Assembly (NCBI GenBank): GCA_963703345.1
Contig: OY969814.1
Coordinates: forward strand, 2,144,001 to 2,208,000
Direction: 5' to 3'
Length of the DNA stretch: 64,000 bases
Origin: an uncultured Chloroflexia bacterium
GTDB taxonomy: Bacteria; Chloroflexota; Dehalococcoidia; DSTF01; JALHUB01
Made by a program: the position numbers and the translations under genes. This document shows positions 10,121 to 19,892 of the stretch, in pieces. A model generated the notes under the pieces. That model ran no database searches. It saw only the letters and a program-made list of their open reading frames with translations, and was not told the origin of the DNA. Each line of letters opens with the position of its first letter. Within the stretch, counting starts at the first letter, position 1.

Positions 10121-10216
10121 ATGGTTGTTCCTCCCCACCCGTCGATCAATACGAAATGAGAAGAAGGTATCATCACTTCGACGCCGTCACCGGTGTCTCC
10201 CCGCTGGAGGATAGAA

Positions 10217-10247
10217 CACGGCCCGAGGAGTTCTTCCCCGGGCCGTG
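10217..10247 (-). terminator. Probable terminator hairpin after livK
   Basis: CACGGCCCG...CGGGCCGTG stem about 25 nt downstream of the livK stop. Confidence 0.5.
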
Positions 10248-10271
10248 CCTCGCTCTCTTGGAAGAGGGCTT

Positions 10272-11615
10272 CTACTGCGGCGTTGGCAGGGTAACCGCTT
10301 CCGTGCTGACGGTGACGATTTGTCCGCCGGAGTACTTCCAAATCTGGATGTAGCCGGACGGCAAGTCGCCGTTCTTGTCCCATCCGGCGAATCCGGATGC
10401 GCCCTGGTAGTTTATCGGCTTGCCCTGGTGGATCAGGTCCAGCGCCCGCTTGATGCCGGCGGCGCCGGAGGTGACCTTCTCGCCCGCCGGGTCGTTGAGG
10501 GTGCGCATGGCGTCGCGGATCTTGATTGGGTCAGTCGACTGGGCCTTCTCGGCGCCGAGGCCGACCATAATCACCGCGTCGTAGGACTCCGCTATGTAGG
10601 GCAGGTGCGGCAGAGGGCCGTAGGCGGCTTCGAACTCGGTCTGCCAGTCCGTCGGAATAGCAGCGGCCGCTGAAACGGTGCCTTCCATGCCTTCCAGCTT
10701 GTCGGCGCCGACAGCGGTCACGATATCCTTGGACTGCGTCCCGTCGCAGAAGAGGAGGTTCTTGAGGAGGTTGTTGTCAAAGCCTTCCTTAAGGTAGACT
10801 TCCGCGCTCTGCGGGTAGGTGAGGGCCGCGACGGCGTCAGGGTTGCCGGAGGTGGCCTTCTGGAGCTCTGCCAGGTAGGAGGCCTGCTCCTGTTCCGTCG
10901 GGACCTGGTCCGTTACCGTGCCGCCCTGCGCCTCGAAGGACTTCTTGAAGTTGTCGGAGAGGCCCTGACCGTAGGCGTTGTTGACGTAGAGGGTGGCCAC
11001 TTTGTTGTAGCCCAGTTGCTTGGCCAGCTTCCCGAGGACAAGGCCCTGAGCAGCGTCGGAGAGAGTGGTCCGGAACAGGAGGTCGTTGTCCTGCACGTCG
11101 GTGAGCGCGGGCGACGTCGAGGCGGGAGAGATCTGGATGACCTTGTCGGGAACGGTCACGCCTTCCGCCACGGCCAATGTGACGCCGCTGGACAGCGAGC
11201 CGATGATGGCCGATACCCCGTCGCTCTCGACGAGTTGCCTTGCCGCGTCAACCGCCGCCGTGGGTGACGTCTGCGAATCCGCCTGGCTCAGCGCGATGTC
11301 CTGGCCCATGACACCGCCGGCGGCGTCGATGTCCGCTGCCGCCAGCTTGGCGCCGTTCAACATGTTCGGCCCGAACTCAGAGAGGTCGCCGGTGAAGTCA
11401 AAGAGGATACCGACTTTGAGCTGCCCCTTCGCGCCGGGCGCCGTGGTGCCGGCGACCTTCGTGCCGGCAGGCGTATTTCCGGCCGGCGTGCTGGTAGCCT
11501 GTTTGTTGCTGCTGCCGCCGCAGGACATCGCGACCAGGGAGAGGATGCCGACGAGGGACAGCACCACCAACCAAAAGCGCGCTCCGTGCGCGCCCTCTTT
11601 CACGCTGTGCTTCAT
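10272..11615 (-). CDS. Branched-chain amino acid ABC substrate-binding lipoprotein (LivK-like)
   Basis: AMSC lipobox; KVGILFDFTGDL, ISPASTSP and FRTTLSD motifs; AGGAGG SD. Confidence 0.88.
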   Translation of the reverse strand: MKHSVKEGAHGARFWLVVLSLVGILSLVAMSCGGSSNKQATSTPAGNTPAGTKVAGTTAPGAKGQLKVGILFDFTGDLSEFGPNMLNGAKLAAADIDAAGGVMGQDIALSQADSQTSPTAAVDAARQLVESDGVSAIIGSLSSGVTLAVAEGVTVPDKVIQISPASTSPALTDVQDNDLLFRTTLSDAAQGLVLGKLAKQLGYNKVATLYVNNAYGQGLSDNFKKSFEAQGGTVTDQVPTEQEQASYLAELQKATSGNPDAVAALTYPQSAEVYLKEGFDNNLLKNLLFCDGTQSKDIVTAVGADKLEGMEGTVSAAAAIPTDWQTEFEAAYGPLPHLPYIAESYDAVIMVGLGAEKAQSTDPIKIRDAMRTLNDPAGEKVTSGAAGIKRALDLIHQGKPINYQGASGFAGWDKNGDLPSGYIQIWKYSGGQIVTVSTEAVTLPTPQ

Positions 11616-11705
11616 GTCTGGACCTCCTTTTGTTGTTGAAGAAATCCTTCCGAATTCCCGCTGACCGCCGCTCGATCGACCCGGTGGGCGGCAACAAGTA
11701 AGCGG

Positions 11706-11734
11706 ATTCTAAGTCCGTCGCCTGTTTCCGTCAA
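11706..11734 (-). promoter_or_regulatory. Sigma-70 promoter for the LivK-like gene
   Basis: Minus strand TTGACG-N17-TAGAAT. Confidence 0.65.
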
Positions 11735-11856
11735 GGGCTAGAGGTTCGTTGTGCATTTGTCAGGCGGGGCGACCGCAACCCTAGCCGGAACTGCCGCTTC
11801 AAAGGCTCCCCGATAGCATCGGGCCGTCTGCGGGAATATAATGCCTGCCAGACAAC

Positions 11857-12627
11857 ATGAAGCTGCATGGCCTTGCTTTTGTCGCACTTTTCCCCGTACT
11901 GGTGGCCGTCGCCGTCGTGGGGAACGACTGCCACTCTTCGGGAACGTCGCCAAAGCCGGAGGGGCGCGTCGAGCTCTTGGAGTCGATCCCGCACGCGGAC
12001 ACGGCGTGGACGGAAGGGCTGCTGGTGAGCGACGGGACGCTTTGGGAGAGCACGGGACTGGAGGGCAAGTCGCAGGTGCGGGCTTTGGACGAGAAGACCG
12101 GCGGCGTGCTCTGGTCGGTCGCGAACGATAAGGGGTTCTTCGGCGAAGGGCTGGTGCGGGCTTTCGGGAAGACGTACCTGCTGACTTACACGGAGGGCGA
12201 AGCCTATCTGTTCGACCGCAACGCCGCGAATCCTTATACGCCCTTCGCGCACTACGACGGCGAGGGCTGGGGGCTCACAGCGACCGACAAGTGGCTGGTG
12301 AACTCTAACGGAAGCTCGACGCTATACTATCGCGACCCGCAGTCGTTCGCGATTGTGAAGCAGGTGTCGATAGCGTTCGAAGGCAAGCCGGTCGAGAAGC
12401 TCAACGAGCTCGAATTCGACGGGACGTACATCTGGGCGAACCAGTGGCAGACATCCTACATCTACCGCATTCGAGAGGATGATCCATCGCAGGTGGTGCG
12501 CTTCGCGCTGCCTCCGGAGATGTGCCCAGGAGGGATACCAAACGGCATCGCCTGGGACAAAGAGCAGAACGCTTTCTTCCTCACGGGGCAGTCGTGCCCG
12601 CTCATCTGGAAGGCGCGCTTCCACTAG
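11857..12627 (+). CDS. Glutaminyl-peptide cyclotransferase (type I glutaminyl cyclase)
   Basis: WTEGL, ESTGLEG, FFGEGL, EGWGLT, LNELE and PNGIAWD motifs; N-terminal signal peptide. Confidence 0.88.
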   Translation: MKLHGLAFVALFPVLVAVAVVGNDCHSSGTSPKPEGRVELLESIPHADTAWTEGLLVSDGTLWESTGLEGKSQVRALDEKTGGVLWSVANDKGFFGEGLVRAFGKTYLLTYTEGEAYLFDRNAANPYTPFAHYDGEGWGLTATDKWLVNSNGSSTLYYRDPQSFAIVKQVSIAFEGKPVEKLNELEFDGTYIWANQWQTSYIYRIREDDPSQVVRFALPPEMCPGGIPNGIAWDKEQNAFFLTGQSCPLIWKARFH

Positions 12628-12651
12628 GCGCGCTTGTCATCGGCGCGACGA

Positions 12652-12797
12652 GTCCGCCAGAAGCGGACGAGGAGCGCAACCCCGAACGCGATCATCGCGC
12701 CTCCCACTGCCGTCTCGCTCGGTCCACAGGGCGTCGACGCAACATAAGGGATCGCTTGCGGTAGCAGCGTGGGTTCCCGCGTCCGCCTGTGGCGGAC
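12652..12797. repeat. Inverted pair of short palindromes (family C)
   Basis: GTCCGCCAGAAGCGGAC at 12652-12668 and GTCCGCCTGTGGCGGAC at 12781-12797. Confidence 0.55.
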
Positions 12798-12949
12798 GCA
12801 CCCCCGACGCGATCACCGGCGCCACTTCGATGCCGATTCGTGGCGCCTCGCTTGAAAAAGCGCGTCGGATGTGCGACAGTTGACGCAAGCGCAGGCCAGG
12901 ATCGAGCGTGTCGATTAGAAGGTGAGTTCTGCAAGGGGAAGGACAGGGA

Positions 12950-14065
12950 ATGTCTTTTCTTGGGCTCATTCCTCGTAACGTCCTCACCCGCAAGGTGCGG
13001 TCCTCGCTGACCGCGCTGGCCGTCGCCATCGCCATCATGATGGTCGTGGCGATGGGCGTGCTCACCTACAGCCTCAAGCAAACGGCGATCTCAATCCTGG
13101 AGATCGGCAAGGCCGACTTCACCGTCGCCCAGAAGGGCGTCTCGGACGTTCTGAACAGCAACCTCGACGAGCAGGAGGTCGCGGCGGTCAAGTCCTATCC
13201 GCAAGTCCAGGAGGCCGTCGGTGTGCTCGTCGCCGGCGTCAGCTTCCACGGCAACCCGTTCTTCCTCGAGCTCGGCATCCCGCCGGATGAACTGGCGCCA
13301 TTCGGCGTGCAGATTCTGGAAGGACGCCCCTACAGGGCTGACGCAACCGGCGAAATAATGCTCGGCGCCCGCACCGCCGCCGACCTGCACAAGACCGTAG
13401 GCGATACCGTGACCATCGACACCATCACCTTCACCGTCGTCGGCATCTACACCGTCGGGAACGTCTTTGCCGACGACGCGACAATGGTGCCGCTGCTCTG
13501 GCTGCAGGGCCGTGAGCGCCTGGCCGGGGACGTGACGCTTCTCTTCGTCAAGACGAAGCCGGGGACGGACCTGGCCGCCCTGCAAGCGCAGATCCAGCAC
13601 GACCATCCTGAGCTCGCCTGCGTGCAAACGGCGTCGCAGTTTGGGCTGGTCGACCGGAACTTGGGTCTGATCAGCGCCGCGGACGTCGGCGTCTCCGTGC
13701 TGGCGCTCTTCATGGGCGCCGTCGGCGTCATGAACACGACGCTGATGTCCGTCTTCGAACGGACGCGCGAGTTCGGCGTTTTGCGGGCCGTCGGTTGGTC
13801 GCGGGGGCGCATCGTGATCATGGTGATGGGAGAGGCGCTTCTAATCGCCCTTGCCGGCGCCTTCATCGGGACCGGCCTCGGATTCGCGGCCGTCCAGGTC
13901 ATCCAGCATCTGCCGCAAGTGGTCGGCTTCTTCCACCCGCAGTATCCGGCTTCGGTGTTCGGGCAGGCGCTGGGGGTGGCTGTCGGCGTGGCATTCTTCG
14001 GCGCCATCTATCCGGCGGCTCGAGCGGCGCTGCTGGAGCCGATGGAGGCGCTGCGCCATGAGTAG
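12950..14065 (+). CDS. MacB/FtsX-family ABC permease
   Basis: RSSLTALAV, NTTLMSVFERTREFGVLRAVGW and YPAARAALLEPMEALR motifs. Confidence 0.9.
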   Translation: MSFLGLIPRNVLTRKVRSSLTALAVAIAIMMVVAMGVLTYSLKQTAISILEIGKADFTVAQKGVSDVLNSNLDEQEVAAVKSYPQVQEAVGVLVAGVSFHGNPFFLELGIPPDELAPFGVQILEGRPYRADATGEIMLGARTAADLHKTVGDTVTIDTITFTVVGIYTVGNVFADDATMVPLLWLQGRERLAGDVTLLFVKTKPGTDLAALQAQIQHDHPELACVQTASQFGLVDRNLGLISAADVGVSVLALFMGAVGVMNTTLMSVFERTREFGVLRAVGWSRGRIVIMVMGEALLIALAGAFIGTGLGFAAVQVIQHLPQVVGFFHPQYPASVFGQALGVAVGVAFFGAIYPAARAALLEPMEALRHE

Positions 14066-14777
14066 TGGCAACGGCAGCCGCGAGGGGCCGGCGATCGAGG
14101 CAATCGACGTCGTCAAAATCTACGATAACCAGATGCGGGCGCTGGACGGGGTAAACCTGAAGATAGGCCGCGGCGAATTCGTCGCCCTCATGGGCCCTTC
14201 CGGCTGCGGCAAGTCGACTCTCCTCCACCTGCTGGCTGCCCTGGACATGCCGACGAGCGGCAGGATTATCGTCAACGGGCGCGACTTGAGTACCGCCGGC
14301 AACGACCGTTTTCGCCGCTGCGAGATAGGCCTCGTATTCCAGTTGCACAACCTGCTCCCGAACCTCAACTCCCTGGAAAACGTTCAGATACCTATGTTCG
14401 GCACGGGCACGAGCCACGCTGAACGGCTGGAGCGGGCCAAGCAACTCTTGGCGGAGATGGACCTATCGGACAAGGAGAAGGCGACGCCGCCACGCCTGTC
14501 CGGCGGCGAACGCCAGCGGCTGGCAATCGCGCGGGCGCTGGCGAACAACCCGTCGATCGTCCTCGCCGACGAGCCCACCGGCAACCTCGACTCCGCTGCC
14601 GTCGACCGCTTATTGGCGCTGTTCCGCAGCATTCGCGACGAGCACGGCGTCACCATACTCCTGGCGACCCACGACACTCACGTGGCCGGCTCGGCGGACC
14701 GCATCGTGTACATGCGCGACGGGCGGATTGTGGAGAGCCCGCAACCGGAGGGAGAGCGCGCTTCGACGGGGAGGTGA
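14058..14777 (+). CDS. LolD/MacB-type ABC ATP-binding protein
   Basis: GPSGCGKST, LSGGERQR and LADEPTGNLD motifs; ATG 14058 overlaps the permease end. Confidence 0.9.
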   Translation: MSSGNGSREGPAIEAIDVVKIYDNQMRALDGVNLKIGRGEFVALMGPSGCGKSTLLHLLAALDMPTSGRIIVNGRDLSTAGNDRFRRCEIGLVFQLHNLLPNLNSLENVQIPMFGTGTSHAERLERAKQLLAEMDLSDKEKATPPRLSGGERQRLAIARALANNPSIVLADEPTGNLDSAAVDRLLALFRSIRDEHGVTILLATHDTHVAGSADRIVYMRDGRIVESPQPEGERASTGR

Positions 14778-15830
14778 TCAGGCGGTGCGCGTGTCCGCGG
14801 CGCCCTGGAGTCCTAGCTCCTCGATCGCCAGCTCCCGCATCCGGAACTTCTGAACTTTGCCCGTCACCGTCATCGGGAAGTCGTCGACGAACTTCCAGTA
14901 GCGCGGGATCTTGTAGGTGGCGATCTGCCCGCGACAGTACTCCAGCATCGCTTCCTCCGTCAGTCGCGCGCCTTCCGCCGGCCTGATCCAGGCCATCGTC
15001 TCCTCGCCGTAGCGTTCGCTGGGCACGCCGATGACCTGCACGTCGGCCACGCCGGGATGGCGGAAGAGGAACTCCTCGATCTCGCGCGGATAGATATTCT
15101 CGCCGCCCCGGATGATCATGTCCTTGATGCGGCCGACGATGTTCAGGTAGTCTTCGTCATCCATGGTCGCCAGGTCGCCGGAATGCATCCAGCCGTTGGC
15201 GTCGATGGCCTCGCGGGTCGCTTCCTCGTTGTTCCAGTAGCCGAGCATGACGCTGTAGCCGCGCGTGCACAGCTCGCCGGCGACGCCGCGGGGGACGACG
15301 CGCCCGGTCGCGGGGTCGACGATCTTGATCTCGACGTGCGGGTGCACGCGGCCGACGGTGGCGACGCGTTTGTCGAGCGGGTCATCGGTGGCGCTCTGCG
15401 TGGAGACGGGCGAGGTCTCGGTCATCCCGTGGCAGATGGTGACCTCCGGCATGTGCATCAGCGACACGACTTTCCGCATGACCTCGAGCGGACAGGGTGA
15501 GCCGGCCATGATGCCGGTGCGCAGGCTGGAGAAGTCGAATTCGGAGAAGCGCGGGTGGTCAAGCTCGCCGATGAACATCGTCGGGACCCCGTAGAGCGCG
15601 GTGCATTTCTCGTCTTGCACCGTCTGCATGACCTCGAGGGCGTCGTACGTCTCTCCGGGCACGATGATGCCTCCGTAAAGCGCATCTTCTCGCCGATGAA
15701 GAAGCCGTTGTTCAAGATGCCGTGGTGGGAGAGAGTGGCGCCCTGCGGGAAGCCTGTGGTGCCGGAGGTGTACTGGATGTTGACGGGATCGTCGAACTGG
15801 AGGGTCGATTCCCGCTCCGACAGGGCGCGA
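14778..15830 (-). pseudogene. Acyl-CoA synthetase pseudogene (5'-truncated, internal deletion with frameshift)
   Basis: The C-terminal half is intact ([28 protein letters not shown]). The AMP-binding loop [14 protein letters not shown] lies in a different frame, with the break near 15670. There is no N-terminus or start codon. Confidence 0.85.
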
Positions 15831-15899
15831 TGATGTCAAGGTGCCGCATCGTATCGACATGCAGCGGCAGGCAACGTATATTTGGTAGCGAGGAGGCGC

Positions 15900-16799
15900 A
15901 TGGTGATAGGCCGACTTGCGCTGTTTGCTTTGGTGGCGTGCACTGCGTTGCTGCCGGCCGTCGCGTCGGCGGACAGCGGCGACCAGGGCGGCTTCGCGCT
16001 TCGGGTTCGCGGCACCTTCACGCTGGCACCGGACGAGAGCGTGGGGTCAGTCATCGTCGTCAAGGGCGACGCGAACATCGCCGGCACCGTGCGCGACAGG
16101 CTCGTGGTCATAAACGGTAACGCCGACATCGCCGGTCGCGTGGACGGCGGCGTCACCGTCATCAAAGGTACCGTGACGCTGGAAGGCGGTTCCCACGTCA
16201 ACCGCGTGACGATTGTCCGCGGCACCGTGAACCGTCAGAGCGGCTCCGTGGTGGAGCATGGCATCAACCGGCGCGGCTTCGGCTTTTTCCGCGGCGGCCT
16301 CCTCTGGCTGTTCTGGCTGGGCATGACGCTGGCGGCCGTAGTCGCGGGGCTGGCTTTCGCCGCGGTCGGAGGGCGGCAGCTTTCGCGGGCGGCGAATGCA
16401 CTCACCGGAGAACTTGCGTACAGCATCCTGGGAGCGGTCGCGGTATGGATTGGACTGCCGGTCCTTGCCGTTGTGGCGCTGCTCACCGTTGTCGGCATTC
16501 CTCTGGGGCTGGCGTTGCTTCTGGCTGTCCTGCCGCTGCTCTGGCTGCTCGGCTTCGTCGCGACGGGGACGCGACTGGGCGCGGCGTTACTGTCGCTGGG
16601 AGGCAGCGCGCGGCCGCTCGACCACCCCTATGCGGCGACGGCGCTGGGCGTGATCGTCCTGCAGATCGTGCTTCTCGTGCCGATTGCCGGCTGGGCGGTT
16701 GCCGTCCTCGCCGGCCTTTGGGGATCGGGCGCACTGGCGGTCATCGCCTTCCGCTCGTGGCGGCATCCCGAAGAAAGCGTCAAGGAGAGTGCTGCATGA
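15900..16799 (+). CDS. Membrane protein with an N-terminal bactofilin-like (polymer-forming) beta-helical repeat
   Basis: Signal peptide; repeated [14 protein letters not shown] / [14 protein letters not shown] units; about 5 TM helices; AGGAGG SD. Confidence 0.75.
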   Translation: MVIGRLALFALVACTALLPAVASADSGDQGGFALRVRGTFTLAPDESVGSVIVVKGDANIAGTVRDRLVVINGNADIAGRVDGGVTVIKGTVTLEGGSHVNRVTIVRGTVNRQSGSVVEHGINRRGFGFFRGGLLWLFWLGMTLAAVVAGLAFAAVGGRQLSRAANALTGELAYSILGAVAVWIGLPVLAVVALLTVVGIPLGLALLLAVLPLLWLLGFVATGTRLGAALLSLGGSARPLDHPYAATALGVIVLQIVLLVPIAGWAVAVLAGLWGSGALAVIAFRSWRHPEESVKESAA

Positions 16800-17875
16800 A
16801 GGCTGCGGTCCTGTACGAACAGAAGAAGCCCCTGGTTGTCGACGACATCGAGATCGAAGACCCGCAGCCGCACGAAGTGCTAGTGAGGATGGCGGCAGCC
16901 GGGATCTGTCGCAGCGACCTTCATTTCATTGAAGGGCTGTGGCCGGCGCGCCTTCCGATGGTGATGGGGCACGAAGGCGCCGGCGTCGTCGAGAAGGCGG
17001 GCGCGCACGTAACCCGCGTCCAGGAGGGCGACCACGTCATCTTCTCCTGGGTGCCGTCGTGCGGCGTCTGTCGCTACTGTACTGAAGGCAGACCTTTTCT
17101 GTGCGAGGCCGGCCCTTCGTCGCGAATGCTGGACGGCACGACCCGTTTTCACAAGGGCGACCAGGTTATCTATCATCAGATGGCCGTGTCGGCGTTCTCG
17201 GAGCGCACGGTCACGCACGAGACAGCGCTGGTGAAGATCCGCGACGACATGCCGCTGGACAAGGCGGCGCTCATCGGCTGCAGCGTGATGACGGGCATCG
17301 GCGCGGTGACGAACACAGCGAGAGTGAGGGTCGGCAGCAGCGTGGCCGTTTTCGGCTGCGGCGGCGTCGGGCTGAACGTGATCCAGGGGTCATGCCTGGC
17401 CGGCGCCACGCGGATCATCGCCGTCGACACGCTGGACAACAAGCTGGCGCTGGCGTGCGAGTTCGGCGCGACGGACACTATCAACGCCGCGAAGGAGGAC
17501 GCCGTCGCAAAGATCCGGGAGCTTGTGCGCGGCGGCGTCGACTACTCGTTCGAGGTCATCGGCATCCCCGAAGTCGTAGCGCAGGCGTTCGAGGCGGCGA
17601 ACAAAGGCGGCACAGTGGTGATGGTCGGCATGCCGCCGGTCGCCGCATCGCTGACTATCCGGTCGACAGGCCTCTTCCTGGGGAAGACGCTGCAGGGCTC
17701 GTTCTACGGCTCGACGCGCTTTCGCATGGATATGCCGGCTCTTGTCGAGCTGTACATGACGGACCGCATAAAGCTGGAAGAGCTGATATCCCGCGTCTAT
17801 CCGCTGGAAGAGATCAACGAAGCGTTCGAGGCGCTGAAGCGCGGCGAGGTGGCGCGCAGCATCATCAAGTTCTAG
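16796..17875 (+). CDS. Zn-dependent alcohol dehydrogenase (class III-like)
   Basis: GICRSD, GHEGAG, CGVCRYC...C and GCGGVG motifs; ATGA overlap with the upstream gene. Confidence 0.92.
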   Translation: MKAAVLYEQKKPLVVDDIEIEDPQPHEVLVRMAAAGICRSDLHFIEGLWPARLPMVMGHEGAGVVEKAGAHVTRVQEGDHVIFSWVPSCGVCRYCTEGRPFLCEAGPSSRMLDGTTRFHKGDQVIYHQMAVSAFSERTVTHETALVKIRDDMPLDKAALIGCSVMTGIGAVTNTARVRVGSSVAVFGCGGVGLNVIQGSCLAGATRIIAVDTLDNKLALACEFGATDTINAAKEDAVAKIRELVRGGVDYSFEVIGIPEVVAQAFEAANKGGTVVMVGMPPVAASLTIRSTGLFLGKTLQGSFYGSTRFRMDMPALVELYMTDRIKLEELISRVYPLEEINEAFEALKRGEVARSIIKF

Positions 17876-17903
17876 GAGCAGCGCCGTCGAGCCGCGCGGG
17901 GAG

Positions 17904-17927
17904 GGCCGCTCGGCAACCCGAGCGGCC
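17904..17927. repeat. REP-like palindrome family A, copy 3
   Basis: GGCCGCTCGGCAACCCGAGCGGCC, the exact reverse complement of 6411-6434. Confidence 0.8.
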
Positions 17928-18024
17928 CCGAGAATGCGCCTCCATCATCGCTCCAAGCCAGCGCGACCTTGCGGCATCGACGTCGCGCGCCGGCCCTGCC
18001 CATCGACCCACCACCCCGTGGCTG

Positions 18025-18053
18025 CTGACCCTCCGCTCGCGGAGCGATATAAT
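18025..18053 (+). promoter_or_regulatory. Sigma-70 promoter for the ABC-2 exporter
   Basis: CTGACC-N17-TATAAT. Confidence 0.6.
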
Positions 18054-18094
18054 CCAATAGACATGCTAACTCGCGAACTTCGGAGGGCGTCCGC

Positions 18095-19027
18095 GTGACG
18101 CCCGCCATCGAGCTTCGGTCCGTCGTCAAGGACTACGGGCGAGTTCGCGCCCTCCGCGGCATCGACCTCACGATCGCGACGGGCCAGATCTTCGGCTTCC
18201 TCGGCCCGAACGGCGCCGGCAAGACCACTACCATCCGCGTCCTCCTCGACCTCATTCGACCCACCGCCGGCGTTGCCCTCGTCCTCGGCCTCGACAGCCA
18301 CCGCGACTCCGTCGAGGTGCGGCGTCGCTGCGGCTACCTCCCCGGAGACCTGCGGATGTACGAAGGGATGCGCGGTCACGCCTTCCTCGACTTCATCGAC
18401 TCCTTTCGCCCGGAGAAACGCGACATCCACTTCCGGCGGGAGCTGCTCGACCGCCTGGAGCTCGACGCTTCGGTGCCCATTCGAGCCCTTTCCAAGGGGA
18501 ACAAGCAGAAGCTGGGCCTCGTGCAGGCGCTCATGCACCGTCCCGACCTCCTCATCCTCGACGAGCCGACAAGCGGCCTCGACCCGCTTGTGCAGCAAGA
18601 GGTCGCCAGGCTGCTGGAGGAAGCGGTAGGCGAAGGGCGGACCGTCTTCTTTTCCTCGCACGTCCTGCCGGAGGTCGAGCGCCTGAGCCACGCCGTCGCC
18701 ATCATCCGCCAGGGCAAGATCGTCGCCGTCGAAGACATTGCGCAACTCAAATCGCGCTCCGTGCACGTGCTGGAGGTGACGTTCGCGGAGCCGCCGCCGG
18801 CCGACCTGTTCGCGCTGCCCGGCGTGCGGGAGCTGCGCCGCGACGGCACCATCGTCCGTATTCAAGCGCTGGACGGGCTGGACGCCGCCGTCAAGGCTAT
18901 CGCCGCCTACCGCGTCGTCGACCTGCGGACGGAGCAGCCGAGCCTGGAGGACTTCTTTCTCGCCCACTACGCCGACGAGACGCACCCGGAGGAAGAGGAG
19001 GCCGATGCGCTGGTTCAGCGTCGCTAG
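18095..19027 (+). CDS. ABC-2 type exporter ATP-binding protein
   Basis: GPNGAGKTT, LSKGNKQK, LDEPTSGLDP, SSH and SLEDFFL motifs. Confidence 0.9.
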   Translation: MTPAIELRSVVKDYGRVRALRGIDLTIATGQIFGFLGPNGAGKTTTIRVLLDLIRPTAGVALVLGLDSHRDSVEVRRRCGYLPGDLRMYEGMRGHAFLDFIDSFRPEKRDIHFRRELLDRLELDASVPIRALSKGNKQKLGLVQALMHRPDLLILDEPTSGLDPLVQQEVARLLEEAVGEGRTVFFSSHVLPEVERLSHAVAIIRQGKIVAVEDIAQLKSRSVHVLEVTFAEPPPADLFALPGVRELRRDGTIVRIQALDGLDAAVKAIAAYRVVDLRTEQPSLEDFFLAHYADETHPEEEEADALVQRR

Positions 19028-19892
19028 AAAGGGCCTGCGCGACCAGCGCTGGCAAATCGTCGGCTTTGGCTTGACGTTCACGGCTATGGCGGCATCAATC
19101 GTCTACCTCTGGCCCTCGTACCGGACGACGGTGGCGAGCATCCAGCTTCCGGAGGCCGTCCAGGCGCTCCTCGGCAGCGACCTCGCCTACTCGACCGCCC
19201 CGGGCTTCGTGAGCGCCGAGTACTTTAGCTGGATCCCCATCCTGCTGATCGTCTACACCGTCATTCAGGGCACGGGCGCGATCGCCGGCGAGGAAGGTAG
19301 CGGCACAATCGACCTGCTGATGTCGCAGCCGATCACGCGCTCCGAGATGGTGATCCAGAAGACGATCGGCATCTGCGTCGGCGCGGCGGTAATCGCCGGC
19401 TTCGGCTTCCTGGGCTTTCTGCTGTCGGTCCCCTTCGTCGACATCAATCTCACTCTGAAGGGCGCGGCGCTCGCTTCGGCCAACATGCTGCCGATGGCGC
19501 TCCTCTACTACGCGCTGTCGCTTTGGTTCGGCGCCGTCCTGCCGAATCGGGCCTACGCTGCGGGCGGGGCGATAGCGCTGGCGACGGCCGGCTACTTTTT
19601 CAACACCATCGCCGCCGCCGTCCACAGCCTGTCCGGCTTGAAGTATGCCTCGCCGTTCTACTACTACGGCGCCGGCGAGCCGCTGGTCCGGGGAATCGAC
19701 TGGTCGCACGCGGGCCTGCTGCTGGGCGTCTCAGCGCTCTTCGTCGCCCTTGCCATCCGCGCCTTCGCCGGCCGCGACATCACCATCGGCGGCGCGTCTA
19801 ACCTGCGCTGGAGCGACGTGCTGGGGCGCGTGCTGGGGTTGAGACGCTATGAACCGTCCGCGTCGTCCCCGGCGCGTTCCAGTTCCTCGTGA
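19005..19892 (+). CDS. ABC-2 type exporter permease
   Basis: AIAGEEGSGTIDLLMSQPITRS and SPFYYY motifs; about 6 TM helices. Confidence 0.88.
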   Translation: MRWFSVARKGLRDQRWQIVGFGLTFTAMAASIVYLWPSYRTTVASIQLPEAVQALLGSDLAYSTAPGFVSAEYFSWIPILLIVYTVIQGTGAIAGEEGSGTIDLLMSQPITRSEMVIQKTIGICVGAAVIAGFGFLGFLLSVPFVDINLTLKGAALASANMLPMALLYYALSLWFGAVLPNRAYAAGGAIALATAGYFFNTIAAAVHSLSGLKYASPFYYYGAGEPLVRGIDWSHAGLLLGVSALFVALAIRAFAGRDITIGGASNLRWSDVLGRVLGLRRYEPSASSPARSSSS

